DNA of 64,000 nt, taken from assembly GCF_018350175.1 (NCBI RefSeq), contig NC_058368.1:83950001-84014000 (forward strand), read 5' to 3'. The notes under the pieces are model-generated. The model was not told where the DNA came from. It searched no databases and saw only the letters and a list, made by a program, of their open reading frames with translations. The position numbers and the translations under genes were made by a program. Each line of letters opens with the position of its first letter. The stretch's first letter is position 1. Shown piece by piece: positions 59,893-64,000 of the stretch. This DNA comes from Felis catus. Its lineage: Eukaryota.

Positions 59893-60861
59893 AAGATCCA
59901 TCTAATTCCTGTGTATAAGAGACCAACTATAGACCTAAAGACACATTCAGATCGAAAATAAGGTAATGGAGAACCATCTATCATCTAATGGTCAACAAAA
60001 GAAAGCCAGCCAAAAGCCAAAAGTAGCCATACTTATATCAGACAATCTAAACTTTAAAATAAACACTGTATCAAGAGATGCAGAAGGGCATTATATCACA
60101 ATCAAAGGGTGTATCAACCAAGACCTAACCATTTTAAACATTTATGTGCCAAATGTGAGAGCACCCAAACATAAATCAAGTAATCAGAAACATAAAGAAA
60201 CTCATTGATAGTAATACATAATAGTAGGAGGCTTCAACACCCCACTCACAGCAATGGACAGATCATCTACACAAGAAATCAACAAGGAAAAAATGGCTTT
60301 GAATGACACACTGGACCAGATGGACTTAAGAGATATATTCAGAACATTTCATCCTAAAGCAGCAGAATATACATTCTTCTCCAGTGCACATGGAAAGTTC
60401 TCAAGAATAGACCATATACTGGGACACAAATCAGCCTTAATTAGGTTCAAAAAGATCAGATTCATACTGTGCATATTTTCAGACCACAATGCTATGAAAC
60501 TCGAAATCAACCACAAGAAAAAATTTGGAAAGGTAACAAATACTTGGAGACTGAAGACCATCCTACTAAAGAATGAATGGGCTAACCAAACAGTTAAAGA
60601 GGAAATTAAAAAGTATATGGAAGCCAATGAAAATGATAACACCACAACACAAAACCTCTGGGATGCAGCAAAGGCGGTCATAAGAGGAAAGTATATAGCA
60701 ATCGAGGCCTTCCTAAAGAAGGAAGAAAGATCTCAGATACACAACCTAACCTTACACCTTAAGGAGCTGGAAAAAGAAGAGCAAATATAACCCAAAACCA
60801 GCAGAAGACAGGAAATAATAAAGATTAGAGCAGAAATTAATGCTATCAAAACAAACAAACA

Positions 60862-61078
60862 GGGGCGCCTGGGTGGCGCAGTCGGTTAAGCGTCTGACTT
60901 CAGCCAGGTCACGATCTTGCGGTCCGCGAGTTCGAGCCCCGCATCAGGCTCTGGGCTGATGGCTCAGAGCCTGGAGCCTGTTTCCGATTCTGTGTCTCCC
61001 TTTCTCTCTGCCCCTCCCCCGTTCATGCTCTGTCTCTCTCTGTCCCAAAAATAAATAAACGTTGAAAAAAAAAATTTA
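60862..61078 (+). mobile_element. Young Can-SINE
   Basis: TSD AAAACAAACAAACA; GGCGCAGTCGGTTAAG..TGGGCTGATGGCTCAGAG. Confidence 0.96.
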
Positions 61079-64000
61079 AAAACAAACAAACAAACAAAAA
61101 CAAACAAACAGTAGAACAGATCAATGAAACCAGAAGCTGGTTTCTTGAAATAATGAACAAAGTTGATAAATCACTAGCCATCTTTACCAAAAGAAAAAGG
61201 AAAAGACCCAAATAAATAAAATCAAGAATGAAAGGGGAGAGATCACAACCAACACAGCAGAAATAGAAACAATAGTAAGAGAATATTATGAGCAATTATA
61301 TGCCAATAAAATGGGTAATCTGGAAGAAATGGACAAATTCCTAGACACATATACACTATTAAACTTGAAACAAGAATAAGTAGAAAGTTGAATGGACCCA
61401 TAACCAGGAAGGAAATCAAATTAGTAATCAAAAATCTGTCAAACTACAAGAGTCCAGGGTCAGATGGCATTCTGGGGGAATTCTACCAAACATTTAAGGA
61501 AGAGGTAACACCGATTCTCTTGAAACTGTTCCAAAAAAAGAGAAATGGAAGGAAAACTTCCAAATTATTTCTATGAAGCCAGATTACCCTGATTCCAAAA
61601 CCATACAGAGACCTCACTAAAAAGGAGAACTGTAGACCAATTTCCCTGATGAACATGGATGCAAAAATCCTCAACAAAATATTAGCCAACCAGATCCAAG
61701 AAGACATTAAAAAATTATTCACCATGACCAAGTGGGATTTATACCTGGGATACTGGGCTGGATCAATATCTGAAAACAATTAACGTGATTCATCACATCA
61801 ATAAAAGAAAGGACAAGAAACATGATCCTCTCAATAGATGCAGAGAAAGCATTTAACAAAATACAGCATCCTTTCTTGATAAAAACCCTCAAGAAAGTAG
61901 CGATAGAAAGAGCATACCTCGAGATCATAAAAGCCATATATGAATGACCCGATGCTAATATCATGCTTAAAGGGGAAAAACTGACAGCTTTCCCCTTAAG
62001 GTGAGGAACAAGACAGGGATATCCACTCTCACCACTTTTATTCAACATAGTATTGAAAGTCGTAGCCTCTGCAATCAGACAACACAAAGAAATAAAAGGC
62101 ATCCAAATGGGCCAGAAGGAGGCCAAACATTCACTCTTCACAGATGACGTGATACTCTACATGTAAAATGCAAAAGATTCCACCAAAACCTGCTAGAACT
62201 GATTCATGAATTCAACAAACTTGCAGGATGTAAAATCAATGCACAGAAATTGGTTGCATTCCTATACATGAACAATGAAGTGACAGAAAGAGAAATCAAG
62301 GAATCGATCCCATTTACAGTTGCACCAAAACCCCTAACACCAAGGAATAAATCTAACCAAAGAGGTGAAAAATATATACATTGAAAACTATAGAAAACTT
62401 ATGAAAGAAATTGAAGGAGACACAAAGAAATGGAAAAAACGATTCCATGTTCCTGGATAGGAAGAACAAATATTGTTAAAATGTCGATACTATCCAAAGG
62501 AATCCACATATTCAATGCAATCCCCATCAAAGTAACACCAGCATTCTTCACAGAGCTAGAGCAAATAATCCTAAAATTTTTATGGAACCAGAAAAGACCC
62601 CCAATAGCCAAAGCAATATGAAAAAGAAAACCAAAGGAGGAGACATCACAATCCTAGACTTCAAGCTATACTACAAAGCTGTAATTATCAAGACAGAATG
62701 GTACTGGCACAAGAACAGACACTCAGATCAATGCAACAGAATAGAGAACCCAGAAACGGACCCACAAACATATGGGCAACTAATCTTTGACAAATCAGGA
62801 AAGAATATCCAATGGAATAAAGACAGTCTCTTCAGCAAGTGGTGCTGGGAAAACTGGACAGCAACATGCACAAGAATGAACCTGGACCACTTTCATACAC
62901 CATATACAAAAATAAACTCAAGGTGGATGAAAGACCTTAGTGTAAGACAGGAAGCCATCAAAATCCTCGAGGAGAAAGAAGGCAAAAACCTCTTTGATCT
63001 TGCCTGCAACAATTTCTTAACACGTCTCCAGAGGCAAGGGAAACAAAAGCAAAAATGAACTACTGGGACCTCATCAAAATAAAAAGTTTCTGCACAGCAA
63101 AGGAAACAACCAGCAAAACTAAAAGGTAGCCGACAGAATGGGAGAATATGATATTTGCAAATGACATATCAGATAAAGGGTTAGTATCCAAAATCTATAA
63201 AGAATTTATCAAACTCAACACCCAAAAAACAAATAATCCAACGAAGAAATGGGCAAAAGACATGAATAGACACTTCTCCAAGGAAGACATCCAGATGGCC
63301 AACTGACACATGAAAAAATGCTCAACATCACTCATCATCAGGGAAACACAAATCAAAACCACAATGAGATACCACCTTACACCTGTCACAATGACTATCA
63401 TTAACAACTCAGGCCACAACAGATGTTGGCAATGATGCAGAGAGAGAGGATCTCTTTTGCATTGTTTGTTGGAATGCAAGCTAGTGCAGTCACTCTAGAA
63501 AACAGTATGGAGGTTTCTCAAAAAACTGAAAATAGAACTACCCTACGACCCAGCAATTGCACTACTAGACATTTATCTATGGGATACAGATGTGCTCTTT
63601 TGAAGGAACACATGCACCCCCATGTTAATAGTAGCACTATCAACAATAGCCAAAGTATGGAAAGAGCCCAAAAGTCCATTGATGGGTGAATGGATAAAGA
63701 AGAAGTGGCATATATATACAATGGAGTATTACTCAGTAATCAAAAAGAATGAAATCTTGCCATTTGCAACTACATGGATGGAACTGGAGGGTATAACGCT
63801 AAGTGAAATTAGTCAGTCAGAGAAAGACAAAAATCATATGACTTCACTCATATGAGGAATTTAAGAGACAAAACAGATGAACATAAGGGAAAGGAAACAA
63901 AAATAATATAAAAACAGGGAGGGGGACAAAACAGAAGAGACTCATAAATACGGAGAACAAACTGAGGGTTGCTGGAGGGGTTGTGGGAGGGGGGATGGAC

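Larger units (their letters stand above)
56203..64000 (+). mobile_element. Full-length-type carnivore/felid L1 with ~2.2-kb 5'UTR, ORF1 (~58403-59285), ORF2 (59431-~63855), 3'UTR running off the window; disabled
   Basis: 5' start GGGGAGGAGCCAAGATGG at 56203; [57 protein letters not shown]; multiple stops and frameshifts. Confidence 0.96.

Noticed and set aside
56203..64000. Potentially active full-length L1
   Set aside because: Multiple stops and frameshifts in both ORFs plus two nested insertions in ORF2.

Overview
Mammalian (felid, cat-like) genomic DNA, AT-rich and mostly retrotransposon-derived: nested, mostly decayed LINE-1 copies of several ages and about 20 tRNA-derived carnivore SINEs (Can-SINE/SINEC_Fc type). 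The only supportable host gene is an intact single-exon class II olfactory receptor ORF (family 2, OR2H-like; 20396-21322, +, 308 aa). No L1 here has intact ORF1 and ORF2, and almost all other ORFs in the track are L1 or SINE fragments or their antisense shadows. I see no new protein-coding system. The notable signals are structural: (1) an old ~2.8 kb duplicate of the OR upstream region (2930-5760) whose OR coding exon is missing; (2) a full-length L1 next to the OR whose ~5.4 kb body appears inverted, shown by an inverted target-site duplication (TSD); (3) an L1 3' transduction with an 18-bp TSD; (4) an internally deleted L1 whose junction is a perfect hairpin; (5) a twin-priming inversion; (6) a SINE dimer starting right at the OR stop codon; (7) several tandem arrays. 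Repeat subfamily names and many boundaries are judged by eye or from memory and are approximate.
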